A stretch of DNA of 63,001 bases, counting the filler, from Barthelona sp. PAP020 (taxonomy: Eukaryota), in the NCBI GenBank assembly GCA_040182905.1. It is 2 parts of 2 records of this genome, joined end to end, with 100 filler letters (N's around TTAATTAATTAA, not from the genome) between each part and the next. Parts side by side here need not be neighbours in the genome. Positions count along the whole stretch, not along the records: positions 1 to 31,434 come from JARQWU010000107.1; 1 more part is not named here. The stretch is one strand, 5' to 3'. The notes under the pieces are model-generated. The model was not told the DNA's origin. It was given only the letters and a program-made list of their open reading frames with translations, and searched no databases. This document shows, piece by piece, positions 1 to 10,558 of this stretch (its first letter is position 1; each line of letters starts with the position of its first letter). The position numbers and the translations under genes are program-made.

Positions 1-83
1 TGTTCTTGATCTCTAATAACAATAAATGGTCGACCTGCTTCATCAAAGGTCAACATGCCTCCCGAAAGTGCTGATTGATCCAT
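1..83 (-). CDS. CCT5: T-complex protein 1 subunit epsilon, N-terminal fragment (runs off window)
   Basis: Manual translation from ATG at 83: MDQSALSGGMLTFDEAGRPFIVIRDQE, matching the CCT5 N-terminal L(A/T)FDExGRPFxI motif; absent from ORF track. Confidence 0.9.
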   Translation of the reverse strand, partial: MDQSALSGGMLTFDEAGRPFIVIRDQE

Positions 84-384
84 TTTCGTCCAAAAAAAAT
101 GTGATTATAGGGGTGGTCGCGAAATAATTTTTGTTTATTTTGGTCAATTTTTTATTTCATCCCTCGTTAAAAATCATTTAAGTTCACAATTTACAAGATA
201 TTTTGAGGGAATGATGAATTTAAAACAAAAAAGAATCCTGAAGTGTTATTATCATGAATTGTGAGGCAAGATGATCATTTTTGAAGTATCAACCTTTTGA
301 ATAAAAGATCATTTTAGTGTAAATGTTCCAACAAAAACAAAAAGTACAATTTTACAAATAATTATTCACAACATCTAAACAACA

Positions 385-1017
385 CTATTTGTTGCTTTTT
401 TGGCCACGTTTTCTTCTCTTAGTTTTGGTTCCAGCATTTGGAGGGGAAACTTTTTCATTCAGAATGGTGAAAACTGCAAGAATCATTTCCAAACCTTTTG
501 AACTTGCCAATAGATTCTTGGCCATCAATTCATTATATTTAGCAACAGTGAAGGGTTGCAAAGATTCTTCATACACATATCCCCATTTTTCTTTTTTAAA
601 TCCAAGAAATTCCACAGTATAAACACCATCATCATCCTTTTCATAAATTTGAACAACATAATTTCGTTTTGGATAGGCACAAAAACGTAACTTTTCCGGA
701 GAAAACTCCAATTTTAACTCTTCTTTGGGCTTTTGTTTTTCTTCTTCCTCTTCCTCCACTTCATTTTCATAATCTGATTCTTTTTCAGCAATTTGAGAAG
801 AACGCAATCTTCTTTTTTTGGGTGTAGCAGAAGAGAAAGATTCCTCTTCAATTTTAGCTTCTTCATCATCATCTTTTGATTCTTTTTCTTTTTCTTCTTC
901 GTTTTTTACATTTAGATCAACAATTTTTTCTGATTCTTCCATAATGGGAGCTGTTTCAGTTATTTCTCTAATGTTTTCTTCGGCATTATTGGAGTCTTTA
1001 ATTTCCTTTGAACTCAT
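385..1017 (-). CDS. Acidic/basic protein with PWWP/Tudor-like domain (putative chromatin reader)
   Basis: YTVEFLGFKKEKWGYVYEESLQPF resembles the PWWP beta-barrel VxFxG...WV...LxPF; basic NLS-like clusters; likely start MSSKE at 1017. Confidence 0.5.
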   Translation of the reverse strand: MSSKEIKDSNNAEENIREITETAPIMEESEKIVDLNVKNEEEKEKESKDDDEEAKIEEESFSSATPKKRRLRSSQIAEKESDYENEVEEEEEEKQKPKEELKLEFSPEKLRFCAYPKRNYVVQIYEKDDDGVYTVEFLGFKKEKWGYVYEESLQPFTVAKYNELMAKNLLASSKGLEMILAVFTILNEKVSPPNAGTKTKRRKRGQKSNK

Positions 1018-1183
1018 TGAATGATTGAAAGTGTGAAAAAAAAAAAAACTTTCTGGCATTGTAGATAAATTGATTACTGAGAGTTGTCATTCAGTTTGTT
1101 CAAAGTTTTGGTGTTTTTTTTTGTTTTTAAAAAGGGATAATAAATAAATAAAAAATTTATACAAAGAAAACCAAATGAAAAAA

Positions 1184-1864
1184 TTATTGATCTTCATAAT
1201 TCATTTGATATGGCATCCTGTTGAAGAAGATAGATTCATATGTTGGAACAATCCATTTGATATTGACGTATGCTTCATTCCCTCCATACTTTTCAAACAT
1301 TTGCAAAGTTTCTTCAATAAGATCACCAACATTGACTTTGGAATATTGAGAATATTCAATTCCATCTCCAAGATTTAAATTATGACTTTTAAACATGTTG
1401 AAAATTGGTAAAATTTGACGATAAAAAGCAACAAGATCATGTCCGACTTCTGGACCAACCTTAACCAATTCTTGCAAAATTTTTAAAACAGAGCAAATTA
1501 TATCTTTGTTTCTGGTGTTCAAAGCTTTTTTAATAGGAATGATCAATTGAGGAAGGCATTCTTTGACGATTGTGGGGTTACCGTTCTTTAACATGTGTAA
1601 AGTACCTTCACGTGCCAAAAATTTATAGGGTTCCTCCAATTCTCTCAAACCATCAAAAAAAATCGGCAAAAAATGATTGTAATTTAATTTTTCCATTGGA
1701 ACTTTCCAATGAACTCTGTTATGAGCGCCTTGATGAGATATAATAACTGGCAAATCACCACGATCATAAAATAATCGGAAATCTGAACGGGTTGCCTTCC
1801 TTTCTTTGAATGCTCCGGAAGTTGGAGGTTTTGTATTATTCATGTGATGAATTGAAAATGACAT
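1184..1864 (-). CDS. PACRG: Parkin co-regulated protein (axonemal inner junction)
   Basis: FRLFYDRGDLPV, LPIFFDGLRE, PQLIIPIKKALNT, YRQILPIFN, INIKWIVPTYES-like C-terminus; first ATG at 1864. Confidence 0.95.
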   Translation of the reverse strand: MSFSIHHMNNTKPPTSGAFKERKATRSDFRLFYDRGDLPVIISHQGAHNRVHWKVPMEKLNYNHFLPIFFDGLRELEEPYKFLAREGTLHMLKNGNPTIVKECLPQLIIPIKKALNTRNKDIICSVLKILQELVKVGPEVGHDLVAFYRQILPIFNMFKSHNLNLGDGIEYSQYSKVNVGDLIEETLQMFEKYGGNEAYVNIKWIVPTYESIFFNRMPYQMNYEDQ

Positions 1865-2138
1865 CTTGGACAGAATGAAAAATGAAAAATTTGATTTTGA
1901 AAAAAAAAAAAAACAATTTTCCTTCACATTTTTTTGAAGAATATTCTTTCTTCTCTCAGTTCTTTTTTCTAATCAATTGCTGATTATTTCAATTTTCTTC
2001 TTAATTTAATTTCTTTCACTTGATATTATTTATTTATTCTTTGTTTATTTTCAATATATCATTGTTGAAACAAAAAGTGATGGTGTGATAAATATTGGAA
2101 AATTTTTTTTTAATTCATTTTTCGTTTCAATTCTTTAA

Positions 2139-2729
2139 ATGCGATTTCATTTTTGTGGAAATAGCGATTGTCCCGATTGGTTGTTGTTGGAGATAGCGCA
2201 TGCATCCAGTATTTCGTCTGTTCGAATTAAGTTATTGACTAAAGAACTTTTGTCACATTTACATGGTAATGATGTCGATTGGTCAAAGATAGAAAAATAT
2301 GTACAAAATACACCTTTTACCACAGAAACGATCAAACCAATATTGTCAGCGATTGAATTTATTCTGACGAACGCTGCTCATTCTCAATGTGAATCAAATA
2401 TTTTACATGATGAGTTACAACAGTTAGGTTTTCCTCGTGAACATTGTGATTCGTTGGTAAGGTCCTATAATTATGATCGAAAGTATTTGGAAGAGTACCT
2501 GTTGTTGAAAAAATTAAAATTTTCATCAATTGATGAAGTTAAGTATAAAAATTCAATTGTTCTTGGTACTACAGATGATTCAATGCAAAGAATCTTAACA
2601 ACTTTGTCAATTAGAGATGGTTCAAACAAACAAAAATTTTTATTGAATCAAAAAAGATTTGATTATATTATTGAAGAATTGGAGAAAGCATCTATTTTAA
2701 TGAAAAATGTGAAAAACAAATATAAATGA
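2139..2729 (+). CDS. COMMD4: COMM domain protein 4
   Basis: MRFHFCGNSDCPDWLLLEI...ISSVRIKLL; ELQQLGFPREH. Confidence 0.9.
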   Translation: MRFHFCGNSDCPDWLLLEIAHASSISSVRIKLLTKELLSHLHGNDVDWSKIEKYVQNTPFTTETIKPILSAIEFILTNAAHSQCESNILHDELQQLGFPREHCDSLVRSYNYDRKYLEEYLLLKKLKFSSIDEVKYKNSIVLGTTDDSMQRILTTLSIRDGSNKQKFLLNQKRFDYIIEELEKASILMKNVKNKYK

Positions 2730-2779
2730 TAATTTCAGGCTTTTTTTTTTAGTTTTTCTTTGTGTTATTTTTGAAAAAT

Positions 2780-3733
2780 ATGTTAAATCTTGATGAATTA
2801 AAAACTTTACCATTGTTATTTAAAGATTTTAACGGTCACAAAGTTCGACAACAGTTAATATCGTATCAACAATGTGTTTGTGTTACCGATAATGAATGCG
2901 ATGCAATATCATATTTTGCAGCATTTCAATTGTCGGATTTTTATGGATTTGGGGAAGAAATTTGTGAAATTCAAAAATTTGAGATTGGAAAGAATTCCAA
3001 TCTTGAAGCACCTCAAAACACATTATTTATTTTCTTTTTATCAAAAGCAGAGTCTTTGAATAATGTTATTTTCCCCAGAAATTCGTTAGTTTTTTGTTTT
3101 TTTGAATCTCAAATTGTTGAAGCTGAATTTTCAATTTTATTTTTTGATATTACGGAATATAATCTCAATAAAAATGATTATTACAAAGATTTTGTGTTTT
3201 TTTTGGCAAGTTCTTTTGTTATTGGAAAATTGGTGTTTACAACAGATGTGTTTGATTTGCTTGTTGAGGCATTTTATGATTCTCAACCTATATTAGACAG
3301 TAATGTCAATAGTGCTAGCATTTTGGAATATCAAAAATGTATTGATGAGGTTTCTCGAGTTATTTTAATTGGTAGGGGGTTGGAAGCTGTTTCAGCTTTA
3401 TTCACTGCTGAATTATTAAATTCTCATACCAACATTGTTGCAGAAGGTTTATTTGGTGGTGAATTAAAGCATGGTCCTTTGGCTTTGGTTGACAATACCC
3501 TACCTGTTATTGTTTTTTGTGCCAACAATAACAATTTATTGTATCCAAAAATGTCCAATTCAACCCAACAAGTTGTTACCAGGGAAGGAAGAACTTTGGT
3601 TTTTTTCAACAACAAAACTAAAGATATGCAGCAAATTTGTTGGAAGAATGTTGAAATTCCAGTTCATCCCTTGTGGTTGACTGTTCTGTTGGAAATTTCC
3701 ATTTTGTTTCCCTTGTTTGAGAAATTTTTGTAA
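2780..3733 (+). CDS. Degenerate GFAT/GlmS-like SIS-domain protein
   Basis: LIGRG and AEGLFGGELKHGPLALVD...SNSTQQVVTREG match the second SIS domain of GFAT; no glutaminase domain and no AKSVTVE tail. Confidence 0.7.
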   Translation: MLNLDELKTLPLLFKDFNGHKVRQQLISYQQCVCVTDNECDAISYFAAFQLSDFYGFGEEICEIQKFEIGKNSNLEAPQNTLFIFFLSKAESLNNVIFPRNSLVFCFFESQIVEAEFSILFFDITEYNLNKNDYYKDFVFFLASSFVIGKLVFTTDVFDLLVEAFYDSQPILDSNVNSASILEYQKCIDEVSRVILIGRGLEAVSALFTAELLNSHTNIVAEGLFGGELKHGPLALVDNTLPVIVFCANNNNLLYPKMSNSTQQVVTREGRTLVFFNNKTKDMQQICWKNVEIPVHPLWLTVLLEISILFPLFEKFL

Positions 3734-3858
3734 ATAATTATTTATGCTTTTGTTTATTTACATAGTTTTGGAGTAAATTGATCACCAAAAAATAATAATT
3801 AATGTTGAAGGGATTCAAAAATGAAGAAAAAAAAAATAACAGAAAACTTTATTTTAAC

Positions 3859-4296
3859 TTAAAAACACAATTCAAATGATAACTCATCGTTCATTGCTTG
3901 CTCATAAGAAAATTCAATATATCTTCCATCGGGATCCTTTATAATACAAATAAAACCAGTGATATCACCCATATCTTTGGGTGGAATGACTAAACAATTG
4001 TCTTTTTTTGCTTTTTCAGCAAGTTCAATAACTTCTTCTCTTGAAGTACACGCGATACCAATGTGACTAAAATCAGAACGTTTTTGAGAAATATCTACAT
4101 TTAATTCCGGCAATAATACATATATAATTTGGGATCCTGAACAATCTTCTGCTAACCAATAAATATTTTTCCCATTTGAATTTGTTCTTTGAGATAAAAC
4201 CATCAATCCACAATAATCAACATAAAAATCTTTCGAAAGATCACTATTATTGCAATGTAAACCCAAATGAGTACAATGCCTTTTGTTGATGGCCAT
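3859..4296 (-). CDS. VOC/glyoxalase-bleomycin resistance family protein, bacterial-like
   Basis: THLGLH...SHIGIACTSREEV...DPDGRYIEFSYEQ paired beta-alpha-beta-beta-beta pattern; intronless. Confidence 0.85.
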   Translation of the reverse strand: MAINKRHCTHLGLHCNNSDLSKDFYVDYCGLMVLSQRTNSNGKNIYWLAEDCSGSQIIYVLLPELNVDISQKRSDFSHIGIACTSREEVIELAEKAKKDNCLVIPPKDMGDITGFICIIKDPDGRYIEFSYEQAMNDELSFELCF

Positions 4297-4525
4297 AGTT
4301 TAGAGGAAAAAGAAAGACATTCTTTTTTTGTCTAATTTTGTCTCCTTTCAAAATTTATTTATCGATAAATAGATTGAAAACATATAAATTGAACAAAAAA
4401 AGATTAAGGATAAAAACTAAATCCATTTTTATTCCAAAAAACAAAAAGATGGCTTTGAAAAAATAAATCACATTAAAGTTCAAATAAAAAACAGTACTTA
4501 AAGAATATTTATTGTTCAAATTGAT

Positions 4526-5689
4526 TTAATCATCACAATCATCATTTGAAGTATCAACAAACGTATAGATGTTTCCTCCTTTTCTTTTATTTATCTCAAC
4601 TAAATCCCAACATCTGTCAAAAATCAAGTTAAATTCATCAATACTCACACAAATGCCTTCATATACCAAATTTCTGATAAATGAATCATCACAATTTAAA
4701 TTGATAACAGTTGACAGAATATTCTCTTTGATTCTTGACATTTCGATCAACGATGAAAAATTACAGGAAATGCCAATTGGAAATATTTTGATACCATAAT
4801 TAGATCTTCCGCAAAAGATTTGTTTTTGATCAGATGAAAAATCAAAAGAAAAAAATTCACAAAAGTCACAGTGAACTTGTTGAATCTGCTGATAGTTATG
4901 TGTGTTGTATGAGGTAATATACCCATCTTCAGATGCAATAAAGAGGATAAATTCATTCAGATAATGAAGACAATTAATTGAATTTTTTAGTGTAAATGTG
5001 TGTTGAAGTGAAGTTTCAAAAATATGCCACAGTTCAACTGTACCTAAACTGTCTCCTATTACAATTGTATCTTCAATTGGATGAAATTCAATGGCCCTTT
5101 TATTCACATGAAAATTAAATGTTTGAATCACTGAAAAATCTTTGAAATCAATCAGTTTTACAGTTCTATCACCACTTCCAGATAAGATGTATTTCCCATT
5201 AGGTGAAATCAAAAGATTATCGATCAAATTGGAGTGTATTTTCATGAACATTTCAATGCAAAGAGTTTTCATATTGAATTTGTAAATATACCCTTCAAAA
5301 TCACTAAAACATAAAAAATTGGAGCAAGGCGAAAAACAAATGTCTAAAATAATTGACCCACAATAAAATTGGTTTATTACAGAAAAATCCATGCCATTAT
5401 AAATGATAATTGATTTGTCATTGGAACATGAAGCAAAAAATTGACCATCAGAAGAAAATTCAACAGAGAAAACCCAATATAAATGATTTCTTAAAGTGTG
5501 CTTGAGTTCATAAGTCCTTGCATCGAATATAAATATTTTTTTGTAACTCGAAACAGCAAAATATTCTCCATTTGGTGAATACTTACAATCTAAAATCCGC
5601 CTGTTATTTGAAACAAAATACTCAATAGATTTCCCTTTTTCCTCTTCAATTTTGAAGGAAAACAGTTTATCAATATCTTCATTGACCAT
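4526..5689 (-). CDS. WD40-repeat protein with unrecognised C-terminal domain
   Basis: HLYWVFSVEFSSDGQFFASCSNDKSI, ISPNGKYILSGSGDRTVKL; tail shared with 60556..61743. Confidence 0.9.
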   Translation of the reverse strand: MVNEDIDKLFSFKIEEEKGKSIEYFVSNNRRILDCKYSPNGEYFAVSSYKKIFIFDARTYELKHTLRNHLYWVFSVEFSSDGQFFASCSNDKSIIIYNGMDFSVINQFYCGSIILDICFSPCSNFLCFSDFEGYIYKFNMKTLCIEMFMKIHSNLIDNLLISPNGKYILSGSGDRTVKLIDFKDFSVIQTFNFHVNKRAIEFHPIEDTIVIGDSLGTVELWHIFETSLQHTFTLKNSINCLHYLNEFILFIASEDGYITSYNTHNYQQIQQVHCDFCEFFSFDFSSDQKQIFCGRSNYGIKIFPIGISCNFSSLIEMSRIKENILSTVINLNCDDSFIRNLVYEGICVSIDEFNLIFDRCWDLVEINKRKGGNIYTFVDTSNDDCDD

Positions 5690-5824
5690 ATATTTTTGGT
5701 TAAACCAAAAGCTATTTCATCAAAAAAAAAAGAAAATCAAAATCACCAATTTGATTGAAATCTTTAAAAAAAAAAGGAAATCCCACATTTAACATAAAAG
5801 AAATACATTTATAAATTATTAAAC

Positions 5825-6856
5825 TCAAAACAAGTCTAAATCATCATTTGCGCCAAAATCTAGATCACTATTCTCAAAATCACTGTTTTCATTTTCACTA
5901 TTTTCACTTGTTTCTTCAATTTCTCCCATATAAAAACCTGTATCTTGACTGTACAGATTTTTTGATTCATAACCAGGAATCATTGCTCTGTTAATAACTC
6001 GAATTTTCTCAATTTCATGCATATATATCTTATCACCAATAGTTCTCAACAACAATTTGGTTTCTGGTTTTTCTTTTTTCATGATGGGTTCATTCAAAAC
6101 AGCCATACTTTTATATCGCTCTTCTTGATCTGGATTTGGGGTAACCGCAACTAAATATTCCTTTTCATTAAATTTAACCTTAGTAACAAAGGAATCTTTA
6201 ACTTCTGGAAAAGGATAATCAGTCTTAATGATATTATACTGTTGTTTTGATGCTACAATGGGAATAATTCTTTTCACTTTTTTATTATCAATAGGATCAG
6301 GGTTTTTTTCATTAGCAATGTCAAAAGAGCGATTGATGTAGTTAATTTGTTCTTCTAAAGTGTGATAGGCTTGAATGTCATAAGATTTCTTTTCAGAATC
6401 AGTTCCTTTTTGCCTAACATTGGAATTTAACAGTGAAGAACTCTTGAGCTTGCTGTCTTTGTATTGTTCTGTTGTTTTATTAAATGATATAAATTTCTTT
6501 TGATGAAAACTTTCATAATCAACATCTACTTTAGAATCTTTGTCAAATAATAACTTATCAATATCATTAAGCTCAGATAAATCTTCTTCTATGTTGGAAG
6601 AATCAGTAATTTTTTCAAAAAGATCCTTTGGAATTTCTCCCAAATGTTGAAATGATTCGACAGATATTCTATGATTACTGTCAATCTGTTTAGAATCTAA
6701 ATTCAATAATTCTTTTGTAGTTAATGAATATTGAATAAATTTTGGATATGTGGGAAATTCAGGTTTTGGTAAAGGTAATTGTGAAGTCAAACTATAATCA
6801 ACAATAGTGTCTGTATTTTTTGTCGTCTTTTTTTCAATATTTGACATTTCACCCAT
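5825..6856 (-). CDS. PAF1: RNA polymerase II-associated factor Paf1-like
   Basis: LPLPKPEFPTYPKFI N-terminal motif; LEEQINYINRSFD...VKRIIPI; acidic tail. Confidence 0.65.
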   Translation of the reverse strand: MGEMSNIEKKTTKNTDTIVDYSLTSQLPLPKPEFPTYPKFIQYSLTTKELLNLDSKQIDSNHRISVESFQHLGEIPKDLFEKITDSSNIEEDLSELNDIDKLLFDKDSKVDVDYESFHQKKFISFNKTTEQYKDSKLKSSSLLNSNVRQKGTDSEKKSYDIQAYHTLEEQINYINRSFDIANEKNPDPIDNKKVKRIIPIVASKQQYNIIKTDYPFPEVKDSFVTKVKFNEKEYLVAVTPNPDQEERYKSMAVLNEPIMKKEKPETKLLLRTIGDKIYMHEIEKIRVINRAMIPGYESKNLYSQDTGFYMGEIEETSENSENENSDFENSDLDFGANDDLDLF

Positions 6857-7130
6857 AAAAATAATGATTCATATATTTGAATTATCTATTTCTCTGAATC
6901 TTTACAAATTTCAAAGGAAAATCCATATGGTTTCACAAAACAAGACAATATGACTGAATGAAGAGAAAATAACATTTCACAATTGACATTTTACTTTGTT
7001 TTTGAGCAGATTTTTGCTTTTATCATCTCCTTTTTAACTTCAATATAAACTTTCGGCTTTTAAAGATCCAAATAAATGTGTCTAATAAAAAAAAATATGG
7101 TAGTGGTTTTTTTATTGTTACTTTTTTCTT

Positions 7131-9362
7131 ATGTTTAAAGAATTTCAAGCCCATGAATCAATTGAGAACAAAAATGCAATTTCAGTTTTAGATTTTGACC
7201 CCAACAACATGAACGCAATTTTGCCTCAAAGTCCCAGATCTCTCGAGGCTGCATTTCGTTTGGGATACGATTTTGATGAGTTAAGATTTATATCATTTGA
7301 AGAATTTATAAAAGAGAACAAAGGAGATTTTTCGAAATACGATTATGAACTATTGTTTAATCATTTTAATAATCGCAGACATGATAAACTAGAAGATATT
7401 AAAGAAAAATACCTGGAGTTATGTGATGAAAAGAATGTTGATTTCACACATTTGTTTAACAAAGACAAATTTTATTTTGATTCTACTGAAGATTCAATTG
7501 AAGATTATGAAATTACGAGTTTAATAGCTAAAGAACAAAATCGTTTGAGTAAGATTCGAAGGAAGCATGAACGTGATATTGAACAGATGACCAAGTTCGA
7601 AACTGAACAAGCTTTGAAAGAAGAAGCAAGGAGAATGAAAGAAGAAAAGGCTAAACGGATAGAACTAAAAAAACAGCAAGAATTACTAGTTAAGCGACAA
7701 ATGGAAGCGAAGAACAAGTATGAGTTGAAGCAAAAACGACTTGAAGAGTATGAAAGAAAAATTAAACGTGAAAATAAAAGACAGCAAGAACAGTATAAAC
7801 ATGAGCAAGAATTGCAAATGCAAATGAAAGAACAAGAATTGAAAAAACAAAAAGAAAAAAGGAAAGAAAGGGAAATCAAGATAAAACAAGTTGAAGAGCG
7901 ACGAAAACGTGTTGAAATGTATAAATTGTGGGAAAGAAAAGTATTGGAGGCCAGAATCCAAAAAATGGAGGAGATAGAGAAAAGGAAAGAAAAAGAAATG
8001 AAAAAAAGAAAAGAAGCAAAGAAACGAGAATTAGAAATGAAGGCTGAAAAACATCATCAAAGAATTGAAGAAAATCAAAGAAGAGAAGTTGCAAAAAGAA
8101 AGGTTGTAGAATCAATGGCTGAAGAAAAACAGCGGAGTTCTGAAGCTAGGCAAGTTCAATTTAAAAAAGAAAGGTTTGAAGAACTTAAATGTATGCAAAT
8201 AGAAAATGATAAAAAAGAAAGAAAAAGAAAGGATGCAATTGCCAGAGCAAAGATGTTTGACAAGGAACGTGTTGAAAGAATAGTTCAAAAACGAATGGAA
8301 ACTGAACTTAGATTGGCTAATTTGGATAAAAGTAAAAGAATGGAGATATTTAAAAGAACATTGGATTCAAAAAGAAAAGAGGATGAATCAAAGGAAAGAT
8401 ATCGAAGAGTCCTTCGCCAAGAAGAAGATGAAAGAGAAAGATTTTTGAAGGAACAGCAAGAAAAGCAACAAAAATTTGAAAAACAACGATTGAATTTGTC
8501 AAAAGTAAAAAAAGAGCATATAATTGAACAGAAAATAAGAGAAATGGATGTGGTTGACAATGTAAGGCGAATGAAAAGACAAGAAGAAGCTAAAAAAATG
8601 GAAATAATGATGAAACAGATGAAAAAGGAGAGAAAAGTTGAAAAAATGCAGCGTTACAAGAAAGCTATTATGCTTGAAAGAAAAAGAATTGCCAATCAAA
8701 CTTATCTTCAGAAACAAAACTTGCAAGAAACTTTTTTAAATAAGAAAAGAAGAAGACACAACAAGCAATTAACTTCAGATTTACAAATTGATGAAAAAAA
8801 TTCTTCAAAAGAATCACAGAAGTGTCCAATCAACACCAAAAACTCATTAAATCAAACGGAAAAAAAAACAATTAAACAAAAGGAAAACGATCAATCAAAC
8901 GAAAAAACAGCAAAAGTTCATCAAAATGTTATTGTTGACACTGGTAGAACAATTGTTGACATTGAAAATCGTGAAAATGTCAAACCAACAAATGAAACTT
9001 ACAGGCCAAAAGTTTTACCAATAAAACAAGGCCATATGAAAGTAGAAGACTCAGTAAATACGAAGAATTGTTTTAAGAATAATAACAGCAAACTCCATTT
9101 TAATTCAACAAATATAAAACAAAACAAACAAGAAGAAATTCGATTATTGATTGAAAAACATAACAAAGCATTGTTTACGCTGATTCAAAAGCAACAAGTG
9201 AATGAAAATAACAGAAATAACCTGATTTCTCAAATAAATAAAGATGATGAAAAAGAAAGATTATTAGAAATATTTGAATGTCAAAGAAATATTGAAAAAG
9301 ACCAAATTCAACATTTGAAAACCAAACAGAAACGTGAACTTGAATTTGCAAAAACTCAATGA
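7131..9362 (+). CDS. Long E/K/R-rich coiled-coil protein
   Basis: 743-aa ORF; SPRSLEAAFRLG N-terminal motif then ~400 aa charged helix. Confidence 0.8.
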   Translation: MFKEFQAHESIENKNAISVLDFDPNNMNAILPQSPRSLEAAFRLGYDFDELRFISFEEFIKENKGDFSKYDYELLFNHFNNRRHDKLEDIKEKYLELCDEKNVDFTHLFNKDKFYFDSTEDSIEDYEITSLIAKEQNRLSKIRRKHERDIEQMTKFETEQALKEEARRMKEEKAKRIELKKQQELLVKRQMEAKNKYELKQKRLEEYERKIKRENKRQQEQYKHEQELQMQMKEQELKKQKEKRKEREIKIKQVEERRKRVEMYKLWERKVLEARIQKMEEIEKRKEKEMKKRKEAKKRELEMKAEKHHQRIEENQRREVAKRKVVESMAEEKQRSSEARQVQFKKERFEELKCMQIENDKKERKRKDAIARAKMFDKERVERIVQKRMETELRLANLDKSKRMEIFKRTLDSKRKEDESKERYRRVLRQEEDERERFLKEQQEKQQKFEKQRLNLSKVKKEHIIEQKIREMDVVDNVRRMKRQEEAKKMEIMMKQMKKERKVEKMQRYKKAIMLERKRIANQTYLQKQNLQETFLNKKRRRHNKQLTSDLQIDEKNSSKESQKCPINTKNSLNQTEKKTIKQKENDQSNEKTAKVHQNVIVDTGRTIVDIENRENVKPTNETYRPKVLPIKQGHMKVEDSVNTKNCFKNNNSKLHFNSTNIKQNKQEEIRLLIEKHNKALFTLIQKQQVNENNRNNLISQINKDDEKERLLEIFECQRNIEKDQIQHLKTKQKRELEFAKTQ

Positions 9363-9619
9363 TAGTTCGTCAAAAAAATTTATTGTTAAACATTATTTTT
9401 GTATTGTTTACCACTGTAGAAATATAATTGTAAAAGATTGGAAGTTTTTTTTTTTGGTTACTATCTATTGCGAATAAAGAGATTTATTAAAAGACATTGA
9501 GCTTCCAATATATAAGATTCCTCTCACTCTGTGCTTTCTGTAAAAAAAAAAAAACATGTTTTCCATGCAAACCACAAGAAAAGAAATCCTTTATTTTATT
9601 ACTTTTTTTATAGAATAAT

Positions 9620-10423
9620 ATGAACTTTGATGATTTCTTTGGTGATAGCACCACACCAAATGATCCAGCTTCTTCATCTTCAAACCAAACAAAAAATAAC
9701 GATAATTCCAACACATTTGTTCAAAATGCTGTTGGAGCAATTGCCCAAAAAGCAGTTGAATCTGAAGTTCAAAAGAAAATTGAAAATTCTTTAGATAATG
9801 ATAAGAAAAAAGATGATGATGATAGTTTCTTTTCATTGAGAAGATTTAGATTTTTGGCGGATATTGACACACAAGACTTTATCGATCGTGTATGGGGAAG
9901 TATAAAGCCATTGAATGAAAAGTGGAATGAATCAGTTCAAAAGAAACCTGATTTTTATGGACCCTTTTGGCTAACAATGACCTTCTTCTTTATGACCTTG
10001 ATTTGTACAAATGGAGCTCGTTATGTTCGTATCAATATTTATAAAACGGAACCTGGAGCTTTTCAGTTCCAATTTGGCGATGTAACTCCTTTTGCTATGT
10101 CTTTAATGGGTCATTTATTCATCATGCCCTTATTTATGTACGTTGCAGGAAAAATTTGGTTAATCAATACACCTACTTTCTTTCATTGTATTTGTTTAAT
10201 TGGTTATTCTTTGAGCATTTATATATTCATTTATCCTCTATCGTTATTATTGCCTTCAACGATTGCATTGGTTTTATTATTAATTGGGGCTGGTTTTACT
10301 GGCCAATTTGTTGGATATCAACTGTGGTTGGTTATTGAGAAGGAAAACATTATAGTTCCACTTGTATTTGCAATTTTAGAATTCGTTTTCAATGGCTTTA
10401 ATTGCTATAGACATTTGAATTAA
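9620..10423 (+). CDS. Yip1-domain Golgi membrane protein (YIPF1/2-like)
   Basis: KPDFYGPFWL, CLIGYSL, five hydrophobic segments. Confidence 0.9.
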   Translation: MNFDDFFGDSTTPNDPASSSSNQTKNNDNSNTFVQNAVGAIAQKAVESEVQKKIENSLDNDKKKDDDDSFFSLRRFRFLADIDTQDFIDRVWGSIKPLNEKWNESVQKKPDFYGPFWLTMTFFFMTLICTNGARYVRINIYKTEPGAFQFQFGDVTPFAMSLMGHLFIMPLFMYVAGKIWLINTPTFFHCICLIGYSLSIYIFIYPLSLLLPSTIALVLLLIGAGFTGQFVGYQLWLVIEKENIIVPLVFAILEFVFNGFNCYRHLN

Positions 10424-10558
10424 TTTATTTCTCAATTAATAAAACAATATAAACATGTGTAATTAAAAAAAAATGACAGAATTTTGATAATAAAAAGATT
10501 AAAGAAAAAAAAAATTTTTTTTTATCCAACACTTTGATAATAAAATTGTTATAACCAA

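Noticed and set aside
7505..8726. Phe/Leu/Ser-rich antisense ORFs (and similar shadow ORFs elsewhere)
   Set aside because: By-products of the A-rich coiled-coil sense strand and biased codon use
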